A stretch of DNA of 64,000 nucleotides, from positions 3,042-67,041 of the forward strand of contig JAZQRR010000006.1 of assembly GCA_045629645.1 (NCBI GenBank). The letters are read 5' to 3'. Of this stretch, positions 7,913 through 22,397 are shown piece after piece. The notes beneath the pieces were generated by a model. That model was not told the origin of the DNA, made no database searches, and saw only the letters and a program-made list of their open reading frames with translations. Origin of the DNA: Candidatus Enterousia sp. (GTDB taxonomy: Bacteria > Pseudomonadota > Alphaproteobacteria > Rs-D84). The stretch's first letter is position 1, and every line of letters starts with the position of its first letter. The position numbers and the translations under genes are program-made.

Positions 7913-7918
7913 GTGTTT

Positions 7919-8353
7919 TCATACACCAATCAAATTAAACATCTTCTGACGAAATTGAAGATTATTCCCCGCATACTGTCCACAACTGTACGTACAATTA
8001 CGAATACAGCCGTCTGTGTCCCACGCACTGGTACCAACCCATCCAGACATAACCGGATGCAGCATTTTACAAAAGCAACTGCCCCTAGGGTTTCCATCAA
8101 CATCTGTTCCTGACACCCCGGATTGAATATTACCATTTTGATATTCTTGTGAAGATATACAAGTCGCCTCACCCTGAATACGCCCATATGCATATGACGC
8201 CACCCAAGTCCACTCTGACTGATTCAGCGTCCCGCCACTACCAGCAACATGCGCATCAAAAACCAACACCATCGTATCATCACGCGCACACATATCTGTT
8301 GCAAATGCAAACATCGGCGTCATCAGCGTCAATAAAACAAAAATCTTTCTCAT
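7919..8353 (-). CDS. small secreted cysteine-rich protein
   Basis: Track ORF 7919-8368, trimmed to ATG 8353 (MRKIFVLLTLMTPMFAFA signal). 8 Cys in the mature part. GGGGGTGGA lies upstream. Confidence 0.7.
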   Translation of the reverse strand: MRKIFVLLTLMTPMFAFATDMCARDDTMVLVFDAHVAGSGGTLNQSEWTWVASYAYGRIQGEATCISSQEYQNGNIQSGVSGTDVDGNPRGSCFCKMLHPVMSGWVGTSAWDTDGCIRNCTYSCGQYAGNNLQFRQKMFNLIGV

Positions 8354-8550
8354 AACATCCACCCCCAATCAAAAAACCACCAGAACAATTCAGGTGGTTG
8401 GAGGTTAGAAACTATAATACGGTATAGCGGGTTTATTCAACATATTCACCGCCCTCCAACCCATATGTTGGAGTATATGTTCTATCTGTCACTACAACAG
8501 ACACCGTATTCTCAGGTTTCTACGCCTCATCATCAGAACTCCCGATGACA
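8354..8550 (-). promoter_or_regulatory. structured ~200-nt 5' leader with 1:2 / 2:3 / 3:4 alternative helices and an intrinsic terminator (same architecture as 2651-2883)
   Basis: On the RNA: CUCCAAC (8473-8467) pairs with GGUUGGAGG (8461-8453). That segment alternatively pairs with CCUCCAACC (8404-8396) across a 48-nt loop. The terminator AACCACC/GGUGGUU+U6 (8399-8375) overlaps it by AACC. Confidence 0.55.
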
Positions 8551-8556
8551 CTAATC

Positions 8557-8585
8557 ATTGTATCACAATCACAATCCTTATACAA
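8557..8585 (-). promoter_or_regulatory. sigma70-like promoter for the leader
   Basis: Minus strand TTGTAT (8585-8580), 17 nt, TACAAT (8562-8557), preceded by TG (extended -10). Confidence 0.4.
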
Positions 8586-8601
8586 CACAAAGATTTCAGA
8601 C

Positions 8602-8628
8602 AAAAAAAATCCCCAGAACTGGGGATTT
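8602..8628 (-). terminator. rho-independent terminator of the autotransporter gene (ATCCCC/GGGGAT family)
   Basis: AAAAAAAATCCCCAGAACTGGGGATTT. On the minus strand the hairpin is followed by T8. Confidence 0.75.
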
Positions 8629-8631
8629 CTA

Positions 8632-15115
<6,484 letters not shown>

Positions 15116-15188
15116 TACACACCAAGAAGAACAAGGAGGGGAAGGACAAAAAATCCTTCTCTTTCTTTTTTAAACAAAGAATAAACAG

Positions 15189-15392
15189 ATGACACCTATT
15201 TCTTTTATTTTTGCTGCAAAATATATCGCAGCCACATTATTACTTGTTGCGATAATACTTGCCCCTGCATGGGTTGCGCGCCAAAACAACAAAGATAAAA
15301 TAGAAATGGGTCGTGTTCGTATGGCCAGCTGGGTATGTGGATGGTCAATACTTGCGTGGATATGGGCGCTGATAGTTGCCACCAGAAAATAA
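15189..15392 (+). CDS. small membrane protein, superinfection-immunity (Imm_superinfect)-like
   Basis: 67 aa with two TM segments. ..ILAPAWVARQNNK...GWSILAWIWALIVA resembles the family motif. Confidence 0.5.
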   Translation: MTPISFIFAAKYIAATLLLVAIILAPAWVARQNNKDKIEMGRVRMASWVCGWSILAWIWALIVATRK

Positions 15393-15415
15393 AAACCCCC
15401 ATTTGGGGATTTTTT
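15391..15415. terminator. bidirectional terminator
   Basis: AAAAACCCCCATTTGGGGATTTTT between convergent genes. Confidence 0.7.
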
Positions 15416-15416
15416 A

Positions 15417-16289
15417 TTATTCTGCAACCGCCGGCCGTATTAAACCAAACGACGTTATATAATTAAATGATATACCCATAATAAAATTACTGCCATAAAC
15501 ATCTGCGCCACGTGCATGACCACGTCTGTACTGAACATAAGGTCCCATTGTTAAATCACCCCATAAATTAGTATCCAAACGCAGAATCGCACTTAAATCA
15601 TATGTCAAATCAGTCGGCACATAGGCAGAATAGCTAAGATATTTACGATAATATCCGTTTGTTGACAGTTTTACGCCTTCGCGCACCAGATACTCTAAAC
15701 GCCACCCTATTTCAGATGCTAATTTACTGGTTTGATTACCTGCGTATGTGAAATCATATTCATAAACCGCCGTCAGATACAAACTTTTAACAACTTCGTT
15801 ATCAAACAAAGAAATACCCGCATTCCCACGCAATACATTTTGACGCGGAGAATTATCGTTTGCGACAAATTCCGTATCATATGCCGCACGAACAGTTGGA
15901 CCAAACTTTATTCCTGAAAAATTCCAACAAGAATAAGCCAAATCAGTACTTAATAAAATATCATCTGCATTTTCACTGATTGTAGCCTCGGCATTATGTG
16001 GTCGCAATTCTGTTTCGCCATATTCCATAAACAGGCTGTTTGTCCACTGCAAACGATCACGATTATATTCTAATGCGGTATCAAAAATACCTTTGATAAA
16101 ATCCTGACTGTCTGCTTTTAATGCAGAAACTGGTGAATTTTGATATTGTTCTGCATGTTTAACTTCTGTTTTGGACCATTCCAGTCCAATACGTCTGACA
16201 TTTAAATCCAAAGACGCACCATCTGCGGCCATTGCCCCACCAGACAACATAATTCCTAATGCAAAAAATGATATTTTTTTCACCGCCAT
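15417..16289 (-). CDS. putative outer-membrane beta-barrel protein
   Basis: 290 aa. Signal MAVKKISFFALGIMLSGGAMAA. Alternating aromatic/polar beta-strand pattern throughout. Confidence 0.65.
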   Translation of the reverse strand: MAVKKISFFALGIMLSGGAMAADGASLDLNVRRIGLEWSKTEVKHAEQYQNSPVSALKADSQDFIKGIFDTALEYNRDRLQWTNSLFMEYGETELRPHNAEATISENADDILLSTDLAYSCWNFSGIKFGPTVRAAYDTEFVANDNSPRQNVLRGNAGISLFDNEVVKSLYLTAVYEYDFTYAGNQTSKLASEIGWRLEYLVREGVKLSTNGYYRKYLSYSAYVPTDLTYDLSAILRLDTNLWGDLTMGPYVQYRRGHARGADVYGSNFIMGISFNYITSFGLIRPAVAE

Positions 16290-16356
16290 CCCCTTTTTTT
16301 CTTTAATATGTATTGAAAATAATAAAAACCGACCCCCAGGTCAAGAGAATATAAAC

Positions 16357-16965
16357 CTATTTATAAATTACCAATACGCCTTCATTATCAGCATATTTCC
16401 ATCCATTTTCACGTAACACGATTGTAAAACCGCCCCTGACAGACTGTGGCAATTCCAGTGTTAAAACGTTACCCGTCATATTTTTCAGGTTCAAATTTAT
16501 TTTTTCTGAGTTTGCGATACTATTTAACGCAGTCCAATCAGCAACTTTATCAGTTAAATTCACACGTACAAAAAAAGTATTCTGATTTTGTACATTTGGC
16601 AACCAATTTTGAATTTCCAAAGAATCTAACCATTTTCGCGCTGCTTCACCATCAATAACCATTGAAAAATTAGCAGAATACACCGTATCAGACGACTTTT
16701 CGCCATCGATACTGGACGACGCAATCAAGTTTGTTAAATCTGACGTTTTAGCTTTCTTTATCTGTTCCTGCAAAACATTCGCATCTGCATAAGGTTTTAA
16801 AACATCAAAAATAATTTGCCGTTGCGCCTCGTCAACAGCCATATTTTTTGCATTTGCCGCGGTATCGCTGGTGATATGCACCGCAGTGTTTCCACGCAAA
16901 TCGACACAATGGGCACCACCAGACACGGCAAACACAAAGAACAACGCAAACACAAACTTTAACAT
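16357..16965 (-). CDS. secreted hypothetical protein
   Basis: 202 aa. Signal MLKFVFALFFVFAVSGGAHC. GAAAGG lies upstream. It sits between two OMP genes on the same strand. Confidence 0.65.
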   Translation of the reverse strand: MLKFVFALFFVFAVSGGAHCVDLRGNTAVHITSDTAANAKNMAVDEAQRQIIFDVLKPYADANVLQEQIKKAKTSDLTNLIASSSIDGEKSSDTVYSANFSMVIDGEAARKWLDSLEIQNWLPNVQNQNTFFVRVNLTDKVADWTALNSIANSEKINLNLKNMTGNVLTLELPQSVRGGFTIVLRENGWKYADNEGVLVIYK

Positions 16966-16980
16966 ATTATAAAACCTTTC

Positions 16981-18474
16981 CTAGAATTTCGCATTTATCC
17001 CTATGCGTACCCCCAGTGATTTATAGAAAGATTCTATTTCACCACTATCTTTACAAACCCACCCTGGGCAATCTTCTTCTAATTGGACAATAGACTGTGC
17101 GGTTGTGTTTTCTTCCAACATCTTCTGTTCATCGCCAAAATAAACATCTTCCAGGATAGTATTATAAATTCCCATATAATAATCACCATTCAAATAGGTT
17201 TCTGCATCAGCATCACCCACAGAATAATAATCATAAGTAACACCAACTGACAAAGACACTTTATCTGTCAGGGCTGTTGACCAATTTGCCCCTGCCCCAA
17301 AATGAAATGCGCCGCCAATACCTGTGCTATCTTCGACTGACTTTGGGTGTTCCCAATCGAATCGATACGGTTGATCACCTGTTGCAGTATAAGACGGCAA
17401 TCCCAGCTCTACATAGGCTTTAACTGAATTATTTGTATTAATATCATATAACATATCTAATGCTAAATAAGGTCCAGACCATGCAACCTCATACTTATGA
17501 CTGATGCCAGGCTGCATATAATAATAAGTATTACCAACCGACATTTCCTTAGCACTTGGCACTGGTATCGCATCTTCTGGGTCGATATCACCGCTATTAT
17601 TTGTATCCACACGTTTTACAATCATTGGTACACCTTGACCATCATAAAACAGCAAAATCGGATCGCATTGCACTTCATCGCTGCCTTCGATAGTAAAACA
17701 GCCTCCATCTCCGGTATATGTATCAATTGATATACCATGATTAGCATGTGTTTCCAATTCATATTTCAAATACCGCCATCCAACACTTGGTGTAACCTTT
17801 AATTTTCCCCATTTAAAGAAATCTTTCAAACCTATACCACCATTAAATTCCATCATAGAACCTTTCTTGGATGTACCAATAGATAAAGTATGACCAATTT
17901 GATCCCCCAAATATTTCAAATCACCATTATCATCTTCCCACCAATCGGTTACAAAATATCCACCATTTGTGATATCGTCATCAACCATTGTTGATTCACC
18001 TGCCTGCATTCCATATTTAAAACCTGCGGCAACCTGCATCGGAACATTACCGGCCTTAAAGTTGTACAAAGCATTTAAATCAAACACATTCCAATCAATA
18101 TTATCATAATGTAATATTGAACCTGAATTCTTCATTTCAAACTGCCACATTGCAGTCTGTCTGGACAATCCGGCACCAATAACGAACCCTTGTTCTATTG
18201 AGCGCGCATTTTTTTCTTGTTTTGTCTTGGAATGTTTATCATCCACATTTTGTTGTTGCGCAGGCATATATCCTGCACGCGCATATTGATTACGATTATA
18301 TGCAGACACCCCTTGTTGAACGCCCTGATTTATACGTTGTGAATAAGATTGTTGCGAATATCTCGTCTGCGGAGATTGATACCCACCAGTATAGTAAGTG
18401 CCCGCCGCATTTGCACACATCGGCACCATCACAGCCGCCAAAACCCCCGCCCAATAACAAGATATTTTTTTCAT
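16981..18474 (-). CDS. outer-membrane beta-barrel protein (porin-like) with a Q-rich N-terminal segment
   Basis: 497 aa. Signal ..VMVPMCANAA, C-terminal ...GVRIGINAKF (terminal Phe). Strong SD AAGGAAGGA. Confidence 0.75.
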   Translation of the reverse strand: MKKISCYWAGVLAAVMVPMCANAAGTYYTGGYQSPQTRYSQQSYSQRINQGVQQGVSAYNRNQYARAGYMPAQQQNVDDKHSKTKQEKNARSIEQGFVIGAGLSRQTAMWQFEMKNSGSILHYDNIDWNVFDLNALYNFKAGNVPMQVAAGFKYGMQAGESTMVDDDITNGGYFVTDWWEDDNGDLKYLGDQIGHTLSIGTSKKGSMMEFNGGIGLKDFFKWGKLKVTPSVGWRYLKYELETHANHGISIDTYTGDGGCFTIEGSDEVQCDPILLFYDGQGVPMIVKRVDTNNSGDIDPEDAIPVPSAKEMSVGNTYYYMQPGISHKYEVAWSGPYLALDMLYDINTNNSVKAYVELGLPSYTATGDQPYRFDWEHPKSVEDSTGIGGAFHFGAGANWSTALTDKVSLSVGVTYDYYSVGDADAETYLNGDYYMGIYNTILEDVYFGDEQKMLEENTTAQSIVQLEEDCPGWVCKDSGEIESFYKSLGVRIGINAKF

Positions 18475-18579
18475 TTTTTCGTCCTTCCTTGCGATACATA
18501 TAATCTTAACAAGGTAATTTTATCATAAAAACAGTTGAAAAAAAAGTACCAATCTTGTAAAAATATAAAAAATAGAACT

Positions 18580-18664
18580 GCGATCATGGCGGAACTGGTA
18601 GACGCACAGCACTAAGGATGCTGTGGGGCAACCCGTGGGGGTTCGATTCCCCCTGGTCGCACCA
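18580..18664 (+). tRNA. type II tRNA-Leu, anticodon reads AAG, CCA encoded
   Basis: GCGATCA TG GCGG AACTGGTAGA CGC A CAGCA CTAAGGA TGCTG TGGGGCAACCCGT GGGGG TTCGATT CCCCC TGGTCGC A CCA. Long variable arm, discriminator A, anticodon loop C-U-A-A-G-G-A. Confidence 0.85.
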
Positions 18665-18734
18665 TTTTTTTATAAAATTTGTTATTTTGTACTTGCCCGA
18701 TTTTTTATAAATTTGCTAACATACTATACATAGT

Positions 18735-21539
18735 ATGAAGGGAAGAACATTATTTTTAGCTGCATTGCTTATTCCGCTTGCTTTCCAGGCGGTGGCTGTT
18801 GATAATATCGACGACGTGGCACGTGCGGCGACACGTCGTAAAACAACAACTACACAAAATGCACCACGCGGCAAACAACAAAATAACACACCCCCATCTG
18901 CAACAATATCTCGATCAAATGCAAATATTGAATCTGCGATCAAATCCACATCTGGCACGCGTGAACGTGCACAATCTGTTGTTGCACGTACCCCGGCGAC
19001 AACTTCTGACGCCACACGTTCAACAACTGCGCGAACCGCGACACAGATTGCACCACGCAACAACACGGTTGTCAGTCGTACTGCAAACACATATGACACC
19101 ATACGTTCAACGTCTGCACGCACTGCCAACATCGGCATATCAAACGAACGTAAAATAACACCAACGCGCACGACACCGTCCATATCGCGCACATCTATAT
19201 CACGTAAAAAAAACACCGGCGCCCGTTCTGCGACAACAGATAATGACACATACCAATCTGTAACATCCCGCGATTACAAAAAATGTCGTGACATATTTTA
19301 TAATTGCATGGACGAATTCTGCGCAACCAAGGACACATTATTAAAGCGTTGTGCATGCTCTTCACGCGTGAACGAATTTGACAGCATCAAAGAACGAATG
19401 AAACGCGTTGATGAAAAACTGTTAGATTTCAGTCAGCGCCTGTTAACGGTCAATATGGACGCCGAAGACGCGATGGCGCTGAACACGCCAACTGCTGGCG
19501 AATTGGCATACAACCAGGACGACAAATCAGAATCCAAGAAAATGCTGGACGAGATTGCAAAAAAGCTGAACACAACATTCGAAGACACCTCGTTTAATCA
19601 GGGTCTAAATGCCATATCCTTGTCTTTGAACACGGACGCTGCATTTGACAACATCGATTCGTTACTGGGTGCATCCACAACGACAAAAACCGGTACAGAC
19701 CTGTATGCTGCGGCCTTGCCGATATGCCGTGAAATGGTATTGGAAGTATGCTCGGACGAAGATTTGGCAATCACGGAAAGCGGTTATCAAATGTCTATTG
19801 AACAAGACTGTAACACTGTCGCCAAATCATACCAAACGCAAACAGAACAGGCACGCCAGAAAGTATTTGAAAGTGGTGCCTTGTTGGATATGTCTCGTCT
19901 GGACATACACCAAAAGCGAAATTCTGACGACATTTTAACCTGCAAGCAAAAAATGCTGGATATGCTAAGCGATAATTCCGTATGCGGTCCAAACATGATG
20001 AAATGTCTTGATACAACAGGACGTTATATTGACCCCACCACGGGCGAAGCCTTCCTGACAAACGATTTACACCAATTATCTACATTAATTTCACGTCCTG
20101 AAACAAACCAGACGTGGACCAATGCACCTGGGAACGAACGTTTTGTATCATTCTTGAATACAAAAAAATTATTCTTGGAACCTGCGATGGAAAACTGTCA
20201 GGACATTTCTGACACCGTATGGAATGACTTTGTCGAAGACGCATTGGCACAAATCAAACTGGCCCAGGATAAAAAACTGGAAGAAATACGTCAATCCTGT
20301 ACGACATTGACATTTCAGTGTATCGACCAATCTATGGATTCCTTGACCGAATTTGATGCACGTGCCTTATCCATATTTGGCGTGTCTGCGATAAAAACGG
20401 CCACGGAAATGTGTAACGGCATACGTACCGCCTGCACGGCACTATTAAACAACACCAACATTGGAACAACACCATCGGGCACAGAATCGTCTTGGTCATC
20501 TGGCGTATCGGGCGTTATTTCGGATAAAACATACGAAACAATATTATCAACATGTCGCACTGTTGGGCAAAACTGCATTATCCAATCATGCAAATCCATG
20601 TCTGGTAACTTTGCACTGTGCGAAAACACTGTATCCTCTACAAACAGAAGCAGCATCATAGACCGCACTGCCTGTTGGTCAGAAGTTCTGGATTGTGTTG
20701 CCAGCGCCGGTAACAAATTTTTTGACGAATACAATGACAAAATTACTTGGGACACAATCGAAACAAAACTATACAGCGACAGTACATTCACACCATATAA
20801 AACAGAATGCGCAAACAACGATAAACAATGCTTACTTGCTGAACAAATTTGGGGTCATTGTTATAAACAAACAAACACAGAACTAAAAATTAAAGAAAAT
20901 TCTACTAACAAAGATAACGAAACATTGTTATCATGGTTTGCACGCAACACAAACACCAGCGACACAGTAAATAATTGTACATCAATAAATAATCCTTTCA
21001 CATCAGAAGGCACAGAATGCAATATTGACAACAAAATCGACGTCACACAAAACATAACAAATTGTTGCAATAAACATTCCATGCAAGAATATAATGTATG
21101 CTGTCTAAACAACACCCCTTTTATAGAAAAAGAAGGCGAAAAAATACATTTCTGTTATCACAATCCTTCCTCTAATATAAAATCGACTTACTTTGGTGCT
21201 AAAAATCCTTACCATTTATATTGTCTGGAAAAAAAAGGCTCAACAAACAATCATATAAATGACCAAACAATATCAACAGAATTTCCAAACGGTACAAAAT
21301 ATGTTTGTGACGGAATTATTCTTGCTGTACAAAGCAACAATAACTTGAATAATGTATCATGGCTACACCGAACACCGTCTTGCGAAAAAAATGGTAAAAA
21401 AGATGGTGGCGTATGCGTAACAAATTTTTATTATAAGGAACAAAATATAAAATGTACATACAACCCCGTAACCAAACAATGGAAAACAACTTCTGATTCC
21501 TGTGTTTCCCCAACACGTTGGCAGATAAAGTACGAATAA
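18735..21539 (+). CDS. large secreted cysteine-rich protein: signal peptide, Thr/Ser/Arg-rich spacer, ~750-aa Cys-rich domain
   Basis: 934 aa. Signal MKGRTLFLAALLIPLAFQAVA. Spacer with VVARTPATTSDATRSTTARTA. Motif CRDIFYNCMDEFCATKDTLLKRCACS from nt 19284. Many further Cys pairs. Confidence 0.85.
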   Translation: MKGRTLFLAALLIPLAFQAVAVDNIDDVARAATRRKTTTTQNAPRGKQQNNTPPSATISRSNANIESAIKSTSGTRERAQSVVARTPATTSDATRSTTARTATQIAPRNNTVVSRTANTYDTIRSTSARTANIGISNERKITPTRTTPSISRTSISRKKNTGARSATTDNDTYQSVTSRDYKKCRDIFYNCMDEFCATKDTLLKRCACSSRVNEFDSIKERMKRVDEKLLDFSQRLLTVNMDAEDAMALNTPTAGELAYNQDDKSESKKMLDEIAKKLNTTFEDTSFNQGLNAISLSLNTDAAFDNIDSLLGASTTTKTGTDLYAAALPICREMVLEVCSDEDLAITESGYQMSIEQDCNTVAKSYQTQTEQARQKVFESGALLDMSRLDIHQKRNSDDILTCKQKMLDMLSDNSVCGPNMMKCLDTTGRYIDPTTGEAFLTNDLHQLSTLISRPETNQTWTNAPGNERFVSFLNTKKLFLEPAMENCQDISDTVWNDFVEDALAQIKLAQDKKLEEIRQSCTTLTFQCIDQSMDSLTEFDARALSIFGVSAIKTATEMCNGIRTACTALLNNTNIGTTPSGTESSWSSGVSGVISDKTYETILSTCRTVGQNCIIQSCKSMSGNFALCENTVSSTNRSSIIDRTACWSEVLDCVASAGNKFFDEYNDKITWDTIETKLYSDSTFTPYKTECANNDKQCLLAEQIWGHCYKQTNTELKIKENSTNKDNETLLSWFARNTNTSDTVNNCTSINNPFTSEGTECNIDNKIDVTQNITNCCNKHSMQEYNVCCLNNTPFIEKEGEKIHFCYHNPSSNIKSTYFGAKNPYHLYCLEKKGSTNNHINDQTISTEFPNGTKYVCDGIILAVQSNNNLNNVSWLHRTPSCEKNGKKDGGVCVTNFYYKEQNIKCTYNPVTKQWKTTSDSCVSPTRWQIKYE

Positions 21540-21564
21540 AAAATAAAAAAACATGGAATAACCG

Positions 21565-22368
21565 ATGAAACACAAAATTATATTATCAATATTATCTATA
21601 ATCCTAATTCAACTACCATTTTCCGCCCATGCAAACGATTCTTACAAACAGATAACCCTGCAATCTGATTATAACTACCCTGGATATTGCACTACTTTTG
21701 ATATATGCTTTAACACAGCCGAAAAAACAATCGCACTACACAACGGCAAAGAATGCAATGCTAACAATTACAACTATTCCGAAACGGTAGATGTATCAAC
21801 AAAATGTAAAACAACCCACAAAGCACAGATTACTGGTTTTACAATATATGGACAAACAGTATTCTTATTTTATGGTAAAAACATATTATCGTATTACACA
21901 CAGACAAATATAAGTATTCTTAATAAGAATACACAAGCCACATTAAGTTATACGCCAAACAAATATTCTGTATATAACAGTACAACAAAAAAAACAGAAT
22001 ATACAGATGTCTCATACGATGATTATGAATACTTTCCAGCCACAGACGAAACGGTTGAAGAAGGAAAATATTGCAGTTATCGCGCATACAACCCAACCAG
22101 CCAAGACGAATCCGAGTCAGACCTAACACCAGAAGACCCGATACCCGCACTAACATCAACATCTCATATTGTATATATTGAACTTGAAAAAAAAGACTGC
22201 CCCAAGGGATATTATTGCCCGGCGGGAAATTGTTTTGAAAACAAAACACCATGTCCACCGGGAAAGACCACAAAAAATTCGGGCGCAACGGATTACTCAG
22301 AATGCACCATGACAGACACAACCCAACTATGTGATAAAAATGGCTGTTTTACACTAAACGATCTATAA
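21565..22368 (+). CDS. secreted protein with a C-terminal ephrin-receptor-like (GCC2/GCC3) Cys repeat
   Basis: 267 aa. Signal MKHKIILSILSIILIQLPFSAHA. C-terminus CPKGYYCPAGNCFENKTPCPPGKTTKNSGATDYSEC. Confidence 0.75.
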   Translation: MKHKIILSILSIILIQLPFSAHANDSYKQITLQSDYNYPGYCTTFDICFNTAEKTIALHNGKECNANNYNYSETVDVSTKCKTTHKAQITGFTIYGQTVFLFYGKNILSYYTQTNISILNKNTQATLSYTPNKYSVYNSTTKKTEYTDVSYDDYEYFPATDETVEEGKYCSYRAYNPTSQDESESDLTPEDPIPALTSTSHIVYIELEKKDCPKGYYCPAGNCFENKTPCPPGKTTKNSGATDYSECTMTDTTQLCDKNGCFTLNDL

Positions 22369-22397
22369 AAACAGCGCCCAAAGGGGGCGCTGTTTTT
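22367..22397. terminator. bidirectional terminator between convergent genes
   Basis: AAAAACAGCGCCCAAAGGGGGCGCTGTTTTT. It overlaps the clpX stop codon. Confidence 0.75.

Noticed and set aside
8436-8448. ops-like sequence GGCGGTGAATATG in the second leader (RfaH recruitment site GGCGGTAGnnTG)
   Set aside because: It differs at two core positions and is absent from the other two copies.
18716-19249. 177-aa antisense ORF opposite the 5' part of the 934-aa gene (likewise 4365-4646 and 4427-4708 inside 4195-5154)
   Set aside because: These are artefacts of the A/C-rich low-complexity (Thr/Arg/Ser) coding region. They have no SD, and the sense ORF has a signal peptide and a paralogue.
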